Assembly (NCBI RefSeq): GCF_018977255.1
Contig: NW_024704755.1
Coordinates: 15,314,001-15,378,000 of the forward strand
DNA: 64,000 bases
Direction: 5' to 3'
DNA from: Callorhinchus milii
Taxonomy: Eukaryota
How positions within the stretch are numbered: the stretch's first letter is position 1; each line of letters opens with the position of its first letter. Positions 37,980-52,079 of the stretch are shown piece after piece. The notes under the pieces are model-generated. The model saw only the letters and a program-made list of their open reading frames with translations. It searched no databases and had not been told where the DNA came from. A program made the translations under genes and the position numbers.

Positions 37980-38980
37980 GGTGAAAAGTAGATTTGGAGG
38001 GATGAAGGGGGATTGCTGTGGTAGATAAAAAAGAATTCAGGCCTGTTGATCGTCGAGAAGAGACGAGAAAGGGTGAAACTGTTATAAACCCAAAAATAGA
38101 GGAAGTAGTTAAATCTAGAGTCACAAATAGCAGCTTAGAGCAAGTCGAGTTAATCAGAAGATTAAACTGGAAAAGCGTACAATTAAGTGCATATGTGTAA
38201 ATGCTAGAAGCATCATTCAACATAAAATGGAACTAGAGGTACTGGTGGCAAAGATTAACTAAGATGTGCTAGGAATCTCAGACACATGGATTACTGCACT
38301 AGTAATGGTGGAAAGGAATATAACTTACAAGGTTACAGGTTACCTCGGGAATCTTAGAGAGGCAGCAATGGTGGAGAGGTTTCCAGGTGTATAAAGAAAA
38401 CCTGAGAGCTTAACGCTAATGAGCCAACATTGCAAGATCAGTCATGGTATGAGATGCTCTTGATGTGTCTGGATGCCAAGATATGCTCAATAAGTAAAAG
38501 GCTTGAATACATTTAGGGTCCGTGACTTACAATAATATTATTAGGAGTGTATATGAGAAAAAGAAGGCGGTACTGAAGGGCGATATCAATCAGCCCAACA
38601 TAAACTGGGAATGCCCCAGTGTGAAAGGCTATAGGCTTGTAAATGTACAATGTAAATGAACACTTCCTTACTCATTTGACAAAGTACCACATGAAAATCT
38701 AGGTCTGTCAGGGAGCACATAAGGGTCAATTCCCTTCTTGACTTAGTTATAATAACAATAATATTAATCCTTGCATTTCTTTTGTCAGATACTTGAATTC
38801 AAGTCCTAAAGAAAGGAAAGGGTGCCCATTGGGCTGAATAGTAGTCTGCACAGAAAGAGGTTAAAAAGTCATTTGGGGAGCCAAGAGAGAACTGGAAAAG
38901 AACATAAAAACTGGAAAACATAAACCTCCAAATCCTTTCACTATTGCAACAGAGAAGGCATGAAAACCTGAAGGAATTTA
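37980..38980 (+). mobile_element. Decayed CR1 endonuclease region (related pieces at 8515-8830, 56450-56830, 57690-58100)
   Basis: CICVNARSI..KMELEVLV..DVLGISDTW; GDINQPNINWE-like motifs. Confidence 0.7.
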
Positions 38981-39044
38981 AATAGGATTAAAAACAAATA
39001 GAATGGCAGGAGGCAGCAAACACTGAATGAATATTTTGGATGGA

Positions 39045-40265
39045 GCTCCAGAGGGTAGGGGCGGAGTGGCAAAATTCCCGCTTGCAAAAGGTGGGGCAGG
39101 TATGGCGGGGGATGTGAAGCCTGCTGATCTGAGGAAGTGGGCAGGATGGTAGGTGGTTAGGAGGTCACAGTGGCAGTGGGGGAGCAAGGCCATGGAGAGC
39201 TTTGCAGGTGACCACCAGGATCTTGAGTGATGGGAAGCCAGTGGAGTCGGGCGAGGATAGCGGTGATAGGGTCACCGAGCTTGGTGGGGGAGAGGACACG
39301 GGCTGCAGAGTTCTGGATGGGGAGTTGGGGAGTTCTAACAAGCAAGGTGTTTACATAGTTAAGCCTCAATGTTATGAATGCATGTAAGAGGGTTTCGGCG
39401 GCCTGTGGTTTGAGACAGTGATGGAGCCGGGCGATGTTGAAGAGGTGGGGTAAGTCAGAACGGGTCATGGCATGGATGTGGGGTAGAAAGAATAGTTGAG
39501 CGTTGAACAAGATTCTGGACTGGCTTAGCACGGTGGAATGTGCATCCATGGATGGTGATACCTTCAATGCCTGAGGTGTGGAGGCACTAAATGGAGCAAA
39601 TCAGGAGGGCCTCGGTCTTGTTGACATTCAACTTAAGAAAGCTAGCTCTCATCCAGGATTTGAAGCCTGACAGACATTCTGTCAGGACAGCAGTGGCCCT
39701 GGAATCAAGGGTGGAGGTAGAGATGTGCAGTTGGGTGTCAACCACATACATGTGGAAGTTGAACCCATGATTGTGGATGATGTCACCAGGGGGAACACAT
39801 AGATGTTGAAGAGGGGGGGACAAAGGACAGAGCCCTGCACGAGATGGTGGGTGGGCTAGAGGAGAAACTATTTGTGAAGATGAAGTGGAGGCAATGCGAG
39901 AGGTACGATCTGAACCATAAAGGACTGAACCGTGAAGGTTGAGGTGAGAGGAGAGGCAGTGGATGAGGATAGAGTGGTCAACAGTGTCTAAAGCAGCAAA
40001 AATGTCAAGGATGATGAGGAGGCAGAGGGAGCCCTGGTAGCAGATGGACAAAATGTCATTTGTCACTTTGACCAGGGCTGTTTCTGTGCTGTAGGTGGCA
40101 CAGAAATCAGTTTGGAGGGGTTTGTGAAGGGAATGGTGGAATGAGAGCTTTCTTTCTTCAGTTGAACGTGAACAAGACTAAGGCCCTCCTGATTGGCTCC
40201 CTTCAGTGCCTCCACAACTCAGGTGCTGATAGCTTCACCATGCAAGGATGCACACTCCACCTTAA
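39045..40265 (-). mobile_element. L2 LINE fragment, duplicated counterpart of 8835-10310, including the inverted piece at 40135-40265
   Basis: TNDILSIC..LDIFAALDTVDHSILIH; LKLNVNKTEALL. Same junction sequences as the 8.8-10.3 kb copy. Confidence 0.9.
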
Positions 40266-40668
40266 TTCAAGCCCCATGTTTGGACCTGGAACTCATGTAG
40301 ACAAAGAAAAAAACATAATAATTTGTGTATTTGATATAGCGCCATATCATATCTTCGAGATGTCTCAAAGAATATACAGTAATGAAGGTAACACTCCAAT
40401 GTAATACTGAGGGTTGTAGAATTTTTGGATATTCCGTCCTTCAGATGAAAAGCTGAACCAAGCCTGCCTGTTCAGGTGTACATTAAAGATCCCATGGCAT
40501 TATTTAAAAACAGAAGGGAGTTTTTCCCGGGCTCCTTGGCAGCAGTCCTCCAAATTGGTAACTTACTTTATGGCTACTTTATTCCAGGTCCAAGGGCAGT
40601 ACAGATGAAAGCAACGAGGATAGTCCCCAGGATTAAAGAATGATCTTTGAAAGGTGTTTAAAATTTTA

Positions 40669-40987
40669 AATAATAATAATAATAATCCTTGCATTTGATA
40701 TAACGCTTTTCACGTCTTCTAGATGTCCCAAAGCGCTTCACAGAATATACTGTAAAGCGAATTGACTGTATATTTGTGGGCGAACGCGGCAGCCAATTGC
40801 GCTCAGCAATGCCCCACAAACAGTCATGGATTGAAAATGACCAATTTATCATTTTTGTTTTTTGGAGGGATTATTATTAGGTGTGTGGAGTAAGGAAACT
40901 TGCCCAAGGTTTCGCCCTCTGCCTGGAATTGAACTCAGGTCTCTCGCTTGCAAAGCGAGTGCTCTAACCACTGAGCTACAGGACTCC
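40669..40987 (-). mobile_element. Full-length SINE, same family
   Basis: Head, body and tail present. Confidence 0.9.
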
Positions 40988-41760
40988 AGAGGCAGAATAT
41001 CGGAGATGAAGGTGGGAGAGGTTTTAGGGGCTGGTAGAGGAGGAGGATTTTGAGTGAGTGGAAGGAAGGGTGGGAGAGGGTGAGGTGCTCAAAAGAGGGG
41101 AAAGAGCCAGAGGAGTAGGGGGATAGGGCAAGTGGTGTCCTTGAGATAAGGGCTACACCATCGCCACGGTGGTTGGGGCGAGGGATGTGGTGGGAGGTGT
41201 AGCCAGGTGGTGTGGCCTCTGTGAGGGGGAAGGTGTTGCCTGGGGTGAGCCAGATTTCCGTTAAGGCCATGATGTCAACTCTCTCATCAAGGATGAGATC
41301 GTTGATGACCAGGGCCTTGCTACAGAGGGAGTGGACGTTTTGTAGTCCAATGTGGAGGGAGCAGTTGACAGAAGGGTGTGTGAGGAGAGAGTGGGGGTCC
41401 AGGTTGTGTGGCAGGGGTGGGAGGAATGGGGATGAGGGAGGAGAGGTTGGCTCCCTGGGTCTGTGTCCGGGGTGGCTGGCGAGTGTGGTGGGGAATGGGG
41501 CAGTCGGTGTGTCTGGTGCTGGACAGCAAACGCCGAGTGCCATGGTGAGCCCGGCAGAGGATTCCCAGGCTGGAACAGAGGGAGGTTGTGGGAGGGTCAA
41601 GTGGGGATAGAAGGCGAGAGGGATGGACAGAGAGGAGGACAGAGCAGGAGAGATGCAGAGGGGGGAGGGTTTGGGGGAAGAGAGGAGGGGGGAGGGAGGG
41701 GGTGTGGGGGCTCGGGTCAGAGCGGCAGCCATAATGGGCACACGGGGACCGGGAGCGAGC
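40988..41760 (-). mobile_element. L2 LINE 5' part with APE endonuclease domain
   Basis: ORF 40935..41741: LQNVHSL..DIMALTEIWL..PPGY..RGDGVALI, an APE-type endonuclease signature. Abuts a SINE at 40987. Confidence 0.85.
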
Positions 41761-42695
41761 AGTCAGGTGGATGGCATTAGCCCATAAATAGGATTGAAAA
41801 AGTAAACCCAGATCAATACTTTAGTTTTCAACAAAACAGCAGAATAAGAGGACATAGGTTTAGAGTTGCAAGGGCAATATCAGGACAGATACCAGTTTTT
41901 TCTTTACTGCAACTAAAATAAACAACTGGAATAGGTTGGCAGGAAAGTTGTTCAAAGCCATCTCATTTAAAATACAGCTTGAGGGAGTGATGGGGGGTTG
42001 GTAGGATGTGTGTTCTGAAACTTTACTACAATATTACAATAGGCACAGCCTAATTGATGGAAAAAGTTAATAACAAGTGCTTTGTATAGAATCTGAGCGA
42101 GCGAGACTCTTGTAATGGAATTATCCTTTGACATTTACAAATACAGCAGAACGATTGGGGTTGTAACACTTAGTTGTTTCACGTTAGGTATATTTTTAGC
42201 AGATACGCGAAAAGTTCAACACCCACGCTTCAAATTTTTCACTGCATTCGAAGAATTGCACCACAGTTTGTTGAGCAGCTTTTAAAATAGCCCGTAACAA
42301 ATGTTGTTTCATTTATACTGAAGAGAAAGAGTGACTAGAGTAGACCGGTTTATACAACTTGTTTTTTTTATTGAAAGGCTGATTGAACATGTTGCACAAT
42401 AGTTCCTAATTTTGTAGTAGTTCGTATTTTTGAATCAGCTAATTCAGTAGTTATCTTTATGGAATGATTAGATTCACAGTAAATACTTTTTGACAGTTAA
42501 GTATGGTTACATAAGTATAGTCAGCAATATTTTCCAAGAAATTTCCTATATAAATAAAATGTAATAAACTAATAAATGCAATTATGGTTGAAACAAGTGC
42601 AAATAGAATCGCAGCACAGGACCAATGTGCATATTATTCACTATGGTGAAAAACTACATCTAATATACACAATATCTATTTCTGCGCCTGTTGCA

Positions 42696-45600
42696 TTACT
42701 TGGATTTTGGTTCCCTGCAGATAGCTGCTGCTGCTCCTCCGTGGTTTCTCACATGGAGCTCTGCATATTGTGTATTCTTAACGGTACTTTTAGGTTTTTC
42801 TGTTTTAATGGAAGGATGTAAATCCAAAGAGGCATACGTCAGCTTGTTCCCAGCTGCTGCTTGCTTTGTCTGTAAAGGCAATGTTTGAGAATTAAATCAT
42901 TTTAATTCATTTTTCCTCAGTCTTCAGAAATCTCCTGGAATATATGCCAATTAGTAGCTCAGCTCTTGCCCCATAGCTCATATGGCAATGCCATTGCTCT
43001 TACTGAACTTAGCCAAACAGAATCCAGCTGCCACAATGCTGTGAGGAATAGGTTGGAAAGGAAAAGTGTAAATCAGCCTGTGTATGAGTTGTTCATTGAC
43101 CTACACAAATGTTTGCTTGCATTTCAGTATGTACTTGATGGCCCAAGTGCCTCATAGATTAACACACGCAATAACTAGTCTTACACAGAAGAATAACTAT
43201 TTGGCTATACAGTGGCGGATTGTCGCCACCATATCACATGATAGCACCAGAGAGTGAAGATTAGAGGGAAAGAAAGATTAACCACAGGAATGGTGCAAAC
43301 CGTCTTACAGTGAACACTGAAGCGAGTTCTACTCTATTTACTGAAAACAAGGAAATCCAGTTGGATACTAAAGGCTTATGTTTCGATTTTGTGTTTCTGG
43401 GATATACCTGGGTGTACACAGTCCTCTCCTCTTGTTTTTTAGGTCTTGGAGTTTTCTTAGAACTAGTGAAATCCAACGAGTCATAAGCCACCGGCTCATT
43501 CTTTGCTCCGTGCATCATCTACAAAACAAGACATGATCACAACAACAACAGATTGCATTTGTAGAGCACCTTTCATGTCTGGAGTACATCCGAGGGTGCT
43601 GATCTGGAGATTGCTATGTAAGTACTGATCGGAAAGCTAATACGTTGAAAATATTCCAAATATTTAACATGCAAATTTACAGTTTTATTGAATACTCTGT
43701 CACCAATTGCATGACACCTCATATTTGAATGATACATCGAGGCTGCGTAGATGCACATAGAGAATATATTTAAAATGTTCTTACTAATTTATGAAGAACA
43801 GTGTCTTTCCATTACAACAACTCTGTTTTCAGATTAAACATCTGCTGAGATGGATTTAACAAATGTACCTGCTCTTCGTAATGGCTGGATCCCTCCTGGT
43901 TTCTGCGTGGGCCTTAGAAAGAAATTCAATGAATGAAGAATACATTTTCGAAAATATTTTGCTTAGACCGAATGAAAAGCGATTCGAAGCTCACGAGCTG
44001 CCAGAGTCTGTTTTTTCTAAAAATATATATAAAGCTGTCTTCTTGTACCAATCTGTCTTACTTAGACTCTAATCTGAACCCAGGAGTAGAGTCACAGAAA
44101 TCAGACAATCACTAATTCATAAACTGTCTCGCTCTTGCACTCTTATTCCTTTCAACGTATTTTCGTCCACTGCTCCTGCTCTCTGGAATTCCATCCCGGA
44201 GTCTAATTACCTCTTTCCCACACCTCCTTCAAACTCTTTGATGAAATAACCGAGAGAATAGATAATTAAGGGTATAAACAGGCAGTGATACAGTTAGAAT
44301 ATTATTTCCAGGATGGTTTACTTTACTTAGGAAATTTACCTGACTAATACTGGGGAAGAATGAGCAGAGACTGGAGGAACTGGGACTTTTCACCTTGAAA
44401 CAAAGACGTTTCAATGTTGACCTGATGGAGATCTTTAAAATTATGAGTGGTTTTCATAGTGTCAATGGAGAATTTATTTACAATGGACGGTGATTTAGCA
44501 AACAGGCAAATGAGTAGTTCGGAGACTACACACACTGAATAGTTATGATATCGAATCACCCGTTGGGAGCGATGTTTGAGGCAAACATCACATTCGCTTC
44601 CAAAAGGGTACTACAATACCTAAAATGAATCAAATACAGAGGTATATGGGAAAGCCAGGTAAATTGGGACAGAAATGATTGCTCTTAAAAAGCTATCACA
44701 GAGACAGTGGATGGAATAGCCTTCTTCTGTGCTGTAAATATGTATGGTTCTATCCATCTAAACATGTATTACTTTGACCTCGGTTTTAGGTCATCTTTCT
44801 TCTCTCCATCATCCCACCCCACCACCAGCTTGGGTGCCCAGCCCAGTGTCAAGTGCTTTGGGACTTCCTCTCGACTTGAATGGTGCTATAGAAATGTACG
44901 TTTGTATTGTATTGTTAAATGTCGCCATAATGTTTCCATAACCCTCTTTGACCCAAATTAAGAGTTCTACAGCTGCATTTCTATTGACACCGGATGCTTT
45001 TCTCCATTTATATACACAATCAGAATTTTGGTATATAGGGCACCAATTCTAAGTTTGCTGAGGCGACAAAAGGGCAACTAACACTGAAGAAGATTGAAGA
45101 GATATAAAGACTGGTAGATTGGACAGAGAGGTGGCAGATTAAATTGAATGGAGAAAAGTGCGTTTGTACATTTTGGGATGTGTACCCGGGTCTCACGGCA
45201 TGCTACGGGTGCAGTGGGCCAGGTGGAATGTGCATTTTCTATAATAAAATTCTACCCGTATTTTGTAAAACTAATTAATTGTAGCGCAATGTGGAAAAAG
45301 CGGGATGTGAATGCTTTAAAGAGCGAATAGAGACACCCTGGGCTGAATGGCCTTCTGTGCTGTACATTTCTGTAGTTGTATCACAACAGATTTCAAACAT
45401 TAGTTGCATGCAAAATTCTGATTAAATATGCAGAGAGGGATTCTATGAGGACAATTGCATTTGTGAATCAATCGCAACATATTAATCATTGGCGCCCCTT
45501 TACAGGATGTCAGACTTACTCTCCTTGTCACCCAGGATTCCTGAAACTACTAACTGAATTATTGTGCTAAATTAAACATTTACATTTAACTTGAATAAAA

Positions 45601-48600
45601 TAGGAATATATCTTACCTTTCACTTTGTTTAATTGGCATTGCTTCCCAATGATGATCAAAAGCAGCAGAAATACCAGCCCTCCAGCTGCACCTCCAGCGA
45701 TCAGCGCATAGTGAGGCTGACCGTCACTCTCTACAAGAAATGCATAAACTGAATGTACTATTGACCCCAGCAATGAGTTATAGTTTCAGTAACTGTGTGG
45801 GGGGAATCTTCTTGCTTAACTCCTGATAATCCTTTTAAGTCAGAAACATGGAGAACAGTGTTCATAATGGACAATTTGAGTGGTTAAACCCCAGCAGTTC
45901 CTCAAAGCACATTCTGGACTTTCATGGTTCTAGCCAGCCTGCGCCTCATACAATTCGAAGTTAGGTAATAATAATAATCCTTGCATTTGATATAGCACTT
46001 TTCACGTCTTCTCGACGTCTCAAAGCGCTTCACAGAATATGCTGTAAAGTGAATTGACTGTATATTTGTGGGCAAAACGCGGCAGCCAATTGCGCACAGC
46101 CGTGTCCCACAAACAGTCGTGGGATTGAAAATGACCAATTTATTATTGTTTTTGTTTTGGAGGGATTATTATCAGGCTGTGTGTGGAGTAAGGAAACTTG
46201 CCCAAGGTTTCACTCTGCCTGGAATTGAACCCAGGTGTGTCGCTTGCAAAGCGAGTGCTCTAACCACTGGCTACAGGACTCCAAGTAGAGTTAGAGAGTA
46301 AGAGTGATAAATAGAGTTAGAGAGTGATACCAGTCCACTTCGGTGTTTATACTCCATACAAGCCCCCACTACCCTCTTGCTCGCATACACAGCAAGTTTT
46401 CTGTTAAATACTGTACATTGAAGCAATTTATTTCACCCGCGAATGCAATAACTATAATAAAATAATAAATATATATAAATATAGTATAATAAAATATAAT
46501 AAGAATAAAGGTAAGAAAGCACATTGTATTCCAGACACAGAGAAATTCGAGGTAGACGGCATTATGATCAATCATATTTTCATTTGATATACCCTCGTGA
46601 GGAAAAGCCTAAAATTGAAACACATCACAAATTGAATTGATTTAGTGGATGAAAATGTAATACCAAAAACAGTAATCCTTAAGTTTGACATAGCAACTTA
46701 TCACGTCAACGAGATATCTCAAAGCGCTTCACAGGATATCTTGTGGATTAATTGTGGATGTTGTGGGCGAAATCCATTTGGTAACCAATAATCAATTGCA
46801 GAGAGGGATTTACCATGTAATAACAATAAAATTGGAAATACTGGGATTTCAGGTATTCAGGTGCATTTCTAATTGAACAGAATCTAAGAGGTTGAAACTT
46901 GATGAGTTTGTTAAGAGACTTCTCGGAAAGATAGTATGATTACTGTGGTGTCCATCTCTATATGGCTCGGGTCAAATACTGTTCACATAAACATTGTCAT
47001 TTTATATATTTCTCTGGAGTATTTGGTCAGAAAATGATATGACTCTAATCTTCAGTATAAGTAAAATTTAATGTTTTCAAATAAGAATTTAGCTAACAAT
47101 AATTGACAATAGGATATCGCTGGAATTCGGAAACTGACGTGAATGCACATGTTCTTTTTTTTTAGTGGAAGCCACAATGAGGTGGACGAATGCTATAAAC
47201 TGCGCATTCAATCAATTGAAAATAACAGCAAAGAGTAGTGAAAATTAACGCGCGGCATTTTATTAGTGATGTTATAGAGACACAGTTATATATTATGTGA
47301 CAGCAGTTCCCCATTGACTGTGCGCTCAGCTTCAAATGCACCGATAGAATGCGTGTTCTGACCCGAGCCATAGAGAGCCACAGTCACCAAAACTCATTGC
47401 ATTGGAAATGTGCTCTCATCCCGAAAATCTATAAAACATCTCACAAGCGAGTTTTATTTTAATGCAGTGATTGTTGTTATAAAGGAATACGCAACAGAAG
47501 ATTTGCTCCAAATCGTCCTCAGAAAATGGAGTGGATTAATGAACCAATAGTATTTATGTTTCATTTGTGAACGTGTTTCAGTCCAAAAGTGCAATTCCTG
47601 ATGAACGCGCAGGACTATTGCACTTTAGAGAGGTTACTACATGTCAACAACGCTTTGAATGAGACATATTCAGAATTTAATAACAAAACAAGAACATACG
47701 CAGATTTGAGATATTCTTCGATTCAAAGACTATACATTTAAAATTGGATTTTAAATATTTTTGGAGTTTTCAGCGAGAAACTTATACGACTATAAATTGT
47801 AGCGTAAATAAATGTAAATACAACTGCTAGTAACAAGGTGATTAACAACAAAAGACAAGTAACTTCTTACCATCATCTTCTGTTTTGGATTCATAAACGG
47901 CGTAGACGGCAACTGCTGGAATCCGAAGGCTGACATGAGATACCACACAGGTATAAATAACTCCGCTCTGCACAGACTCTGTCTCTTCCATAGAGCTCGA
48001 AACTTTGTAAAGTCCATTTGAATTCTTCTCTTTAGTGAAATGTATCCCAGTTTTAACTTCATTGCTATCTTTATTCCAGGTGAGCGTTACATCTTCCGGG
48101 TAGAACTCAGCCGTTTCACACACAAGAGTCAAAGACTTTGATGAATCTCTTTCAGAATCTCTGTGGAATATCTTCAGTGGGGTTGGGGGGACTGTAGGGC
48201 AGACAGTGGGGCAGAATCACGTTACTGGTGAGCAGTTGGAATATGAAATGTTATTCCCAGTTGAAATGTACATGAATTGATTCCGAGCGACATTTTAACA
48301 AAGGAAGGTTTTCCGAGACGTTAACCCATGTGACGGGCGCTATATAAATGTACGTTATTGTTGGCATAACAAGGAATCTGGATTGCAACGGCAAGAAACT
48401 GATCCTGTTCAGATGTTTTATTTGGAACAACGTTTCTGGTACCAATATTAAACGATGCCCTGCAGGAGGTCCAGATATTCATTCACCAAATTAACAGTTG
48501 GATGAAAGGATTTAACTTCGACGATAAGATGGGTAAACGTGATTTATGTTTGATAGATCTGAGAAGTAATTTGATTGAGCTGTCAACGAATACTAAAATA

Positions 48601-50538
48601 GTGCATTCTTTCCAATAGAGGAATAACAATAGAAAGGGACACAATCCTAATACTTTGGCTAAACCTGGTGAGACGTGAAATGAAACCATTCTATTCACAT
48701 GTAGTTCAGTGAAATTGTGGAAATGACTCCCATAAGTGGCCTTAAATGCCGATTTAAGTGGGATATTTATTGATAAGGGAGAGAAATAAAAGTTTTAAGG
48801 GGTCTGGAAAGTGGCGGAGGGATTGGATGAAAAGTTCTGCCACCGTTCTCGAACAACAGTAACCTATATGTATTGAGCGCTCTTCACACAGGATACCGTC
48901 CCGGAGAAAACTGGAGATTTTACCACAATAATAATAATAATAATCCTTGCATTTGATATAGCGCTCTTCACGTCGGGAGGACGTCCCAAAGCGCTTCACA
49001 GAACATTCTGCAAAGTGAATTGACTGTATATTTGTGGGCGAACGCGGCAGCCAATTGCGCACAGCAATGTCCCACAAACAGTCGTAGATTGAAAATGACC
49101 AGTTTATTATTGTTTTTGGTTTTGGAGGGATTATTATTAGGCTCTGTGTGGAGTAAGGAAACTTGCCCAAGGTTTCGCCCTCTGCCTGGAATTGAACTCA
49201 GGTCTCTCAGACAGAGACATAAGCAAATCCTCCCCATTCACACCAACATTGATTTTGTTCTGCTCTGTTTTTAAATTTGATAAGTTTCCAACTAATTTTC
49301 CATAATTAGAACAGGTAATTCAAAATAATTTCACGACTGTTTGTGGGACATTGTTGAGCGCCAATTGTTAATGTTATTTCAAATGGTCTAAGTGTGTTTA
49401 AACATTTGCCTTTGATATGAATCAGTAATTTTTTAAATGTCTGAACCCCAGTACAAGGGATTTTGATTAATAATAATAATAATGCTTGAACCTGAAGCCA
49501 TGGGGCTCTCGCTCAAACATTGCATTTCTTTGTCTGTGTACACTATAATCTTCATGTCTTGATGTGGGAAATCTGACTAAATGCGTTCAGGTCAGAATAA
49601 AATACCATATAGAGTTAATATTCTACTGACGGCAGGAGGAGGGTTATACATGTTTGAAAGCGTTGCATAACGGAGTTATTAGCGACTCACATTCCCACTT
49701 TGCTGTGTGGTATAAACCCGCCGTTCCCTTCAGTACAGTAACGAAGGGGCAAAACTGCATTTGAATAATATTTCATTGATAAAATGTGTTTCGGGTTAAA
49801 GTAAAATCTGTTCCCGTGTCCTGTGCTATCATAACTTTTTGTGAGAGTAGAAAATAGGACTCTCGCAAAAAGTTATGACAGCACAGGACGTCAGTTAATG
49901 TAAAATAGTTTATCCATAACGATTTCAAATTGCCCCAATACTCGCCTTTCAGCATTCCCCGTTCCTGTTGCACTCACACTTACCATGTACAGTTAAACTG
50001 GTTCCAGTCCCATTTCCTGCTATTTTCCCCTTATGGACCGCTGCACAAATATAGACTCCGGAGTCGTTGAAATTCAGATTTAGGATCTGGAACGTTTTGT
50101 AATCAAATATTCTCCTGTTGTCAGGTCGTGTGTGCAAATATTCCCTCTCTCCTCGCTTCCACCAATATAATGTTGTATCTGAACCAGATTGACTGTCAGC
50201 AAACTTGCAGCCGAAGGTAACGTTTGCACCTCGGATTGCTGTTCGCTCTGCAGGATACTGAATCACTCTCATCGATGTACCACCAGTAACTGTGAGAAAA
50301 TACATCAAATCTATCATTAGTAATTGTGGAATCTAAAACTAGAAAAGTGACAAAATAGCTATAGGACAGGATGGAGAGAAGGTGGAAGAAAGGAAAAGAA
50401 AAAGATGAATGTATTCATTAAACACATTTTGAAACTCATGAATATCGTTTTGTATTTAAGATCCGCTGTAATAAAACAATTACCTGTGAAAATAATCCCC
50501 ATCAGAGAAAGACAGGGGAACACATCACTCGCCACCAT
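42696..50538 (-). CDS. Gene D: divergent-lineage VJ-C1-TM inhibitory receptor, about 374 aa
   Basis: Exons: leader 50538-50484 (MVASDVFPCLSLMGIIFT), V 50289-49984 (..VTFGC..LYWW..DSGVYIC..GNGTGTSLTV), C1 48191-47871 (LVCETAEFYPEDVTLTW..YTCVVSH), TM 45730-45617, 44-nt linker 43912-43869 (GPRRNQEGSSHYEEQ), 43518-43408 (VAYDSL, TVYTQ), 42869-42696 (LTYASL, TQYAEL). Same exon phases as A and C. Total 1125 nt. Confidence 0.9.
44350..44700 (+). mobile_element. CR1 3' fragment
   Basis: QRLEELGLFTLKQRR..DLMEIFKIMSG motif. Confidence 0.65.
45966..46282 (-). mobile_element. Full-length SINE, same family
   Basis: Head, body and tail present; lies in the C1-TM intron of gene D. Confidence 0.9.
48927..49208 (-). 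mobile_element. SINE with truncated head
   Basis: Body and tail intact; the first ~40 nt of the tRNA head are missing. Confidence 0.9.
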
Positions 50539-50632
50539 CGTGATCAGTTGCTGAGAATCACCATCAACATGTTATTGGGTGTAACAAACATTTGCTGATT
50601 GTCTAATATGAAATAATTCGCAGTGTCATATG

Positions 50633-50641
50633 ACTTCCTGT
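50633..50641 (-). promoter_or_regulatory. ETS site upstream of gene D
   Basis: ACAGGAAGT retained although the surrounding D promoter is otherwise divergent from A/B/C. Confidence 0.5.
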
Positions 50642-52079
50642 CTCCATGGTCAGAGATGAGTGACATACGATTTGCAAAGAGAATTGTGCCTTTCAATTGT
50701 AATTGGAATCACTCCTCAGATCGGCAGCCAAGAGGAAGGTAAATGTATTCATATTATTGTCTGTTTTTTGTTTTCTGTATTCTTGAAATAATTCTCCATT
50801 TTCATCCCCAAATTCACATTTATAATTAGTATATAATAAATAATCATCTGTCTTAAAAGCTGATATACAAAGCCAATGAAACTACATTTTCTCCAGTTTA
50901 GCATCACTTTTAGTCTACACCATGGAACGGCAATCGAAGGGAAAGAACACAGGAACCAAAATGATCTTTGAATCAAAAACAAATGTTTGATTTATCTAAA
51001 GTTCTGAACAAAGGTACAATGGTTCCTCTTGAACCTGGGCCTTTAATCATTCAATGTATTACCATACTTAATGTAATACCATATTTTATTGAATGCAATT
51101 AAATAAAATGAATAAAAGCATGTGTAGCTGATTTTTAGTAATAATTTACCAATTAACTTTTACAGGATAATAATCCTTTGCACATGACTCATTTGCACCT
51201 ATTTGCACGCAGTAGTGTCCCATAAATAGGTATGAAGTGAATGACCGATTTTCTCTGAGAATTGTTGGTCATGATACCAGAGTACCCATTTCAACTGAGG
51301 AATGATACTAAGAGATCTTTAACCTACCCCTGAACAGTCAGTCTGGGCGTTGGTTCAACGGCTCATCTGAAGGATAAGAAGAACACTCTGCAAACATATT
51401 GCGCCTTTCACGCGGAACAGCTTTCCCCGGATATCTGGAACTACAGCTATGACAATGCAGAACACAGCATTACAGCATTGGAGCATCAGCTTAGAATATG
51501 AGCTCAAAGTCTCAACCTTGGGCTTAAACCCAAAGTGCACATGTTACCAGGCATCACCTCGTTTGATTGCACAGCTTCCTCAGTCTCAGCTGTGGATAAT
51601 GCCCGTGGATAATGTTCAGTGGTGGTCAGCAGAAGTGAAACATATGTATATTTTGGAGGGTTGGACTTTAAGTCCTGGAGGTTCCGCACAAAACTTTCAT
51701 CAGACTATGTTTTATAAATTGTGCACAAACTTGATGTTACGAGTAGGAATGGTCATCGTAATAGATCCCTGGGTTGAAATGCCAAGAAAGGCCATTTACT
51801 TGGCACTTACGGGCGATCAACTGTGAGCGCATGAAAAACCAAGATTGTTCAATTGCCCCTTTGCCTTTTGTATGGATTTTGAATTACTGCTATGAATAAT
51901 ATGGATAAATGATGTAACAATTATTGTTTTAGAATTGATAAAATGTATTATTTGCTAATGTGGTGAGTTGTATTATTTTGGGCTTAAGTTAGGCAGTGAT
52001 CGAAATTAAAATTGTATTTTCACTTAATATGCTTTTAATAATAATCATTACATTTGGTATAGCACCTTATCATTTCTTC

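Noticed and set aside
40935-41741. 268-aa ORF, the longest in the track, as a host gene
   Set aside because: It is the low-complexity 5' region plus APE endonuclease of an L2 element. ORFs 8853..9548, 9694..10113, 39587..40066 and 25207..25596 are likewise LINE-derived.
1096-50538. Assigning the symbols NCR3 or SIRPA
   Set aside because: The V resembles NKp30 and the tail resembles SIRPalpha, but the V-C1 architecture matches neither exactly. Orthology needs phylogeny and synteny.
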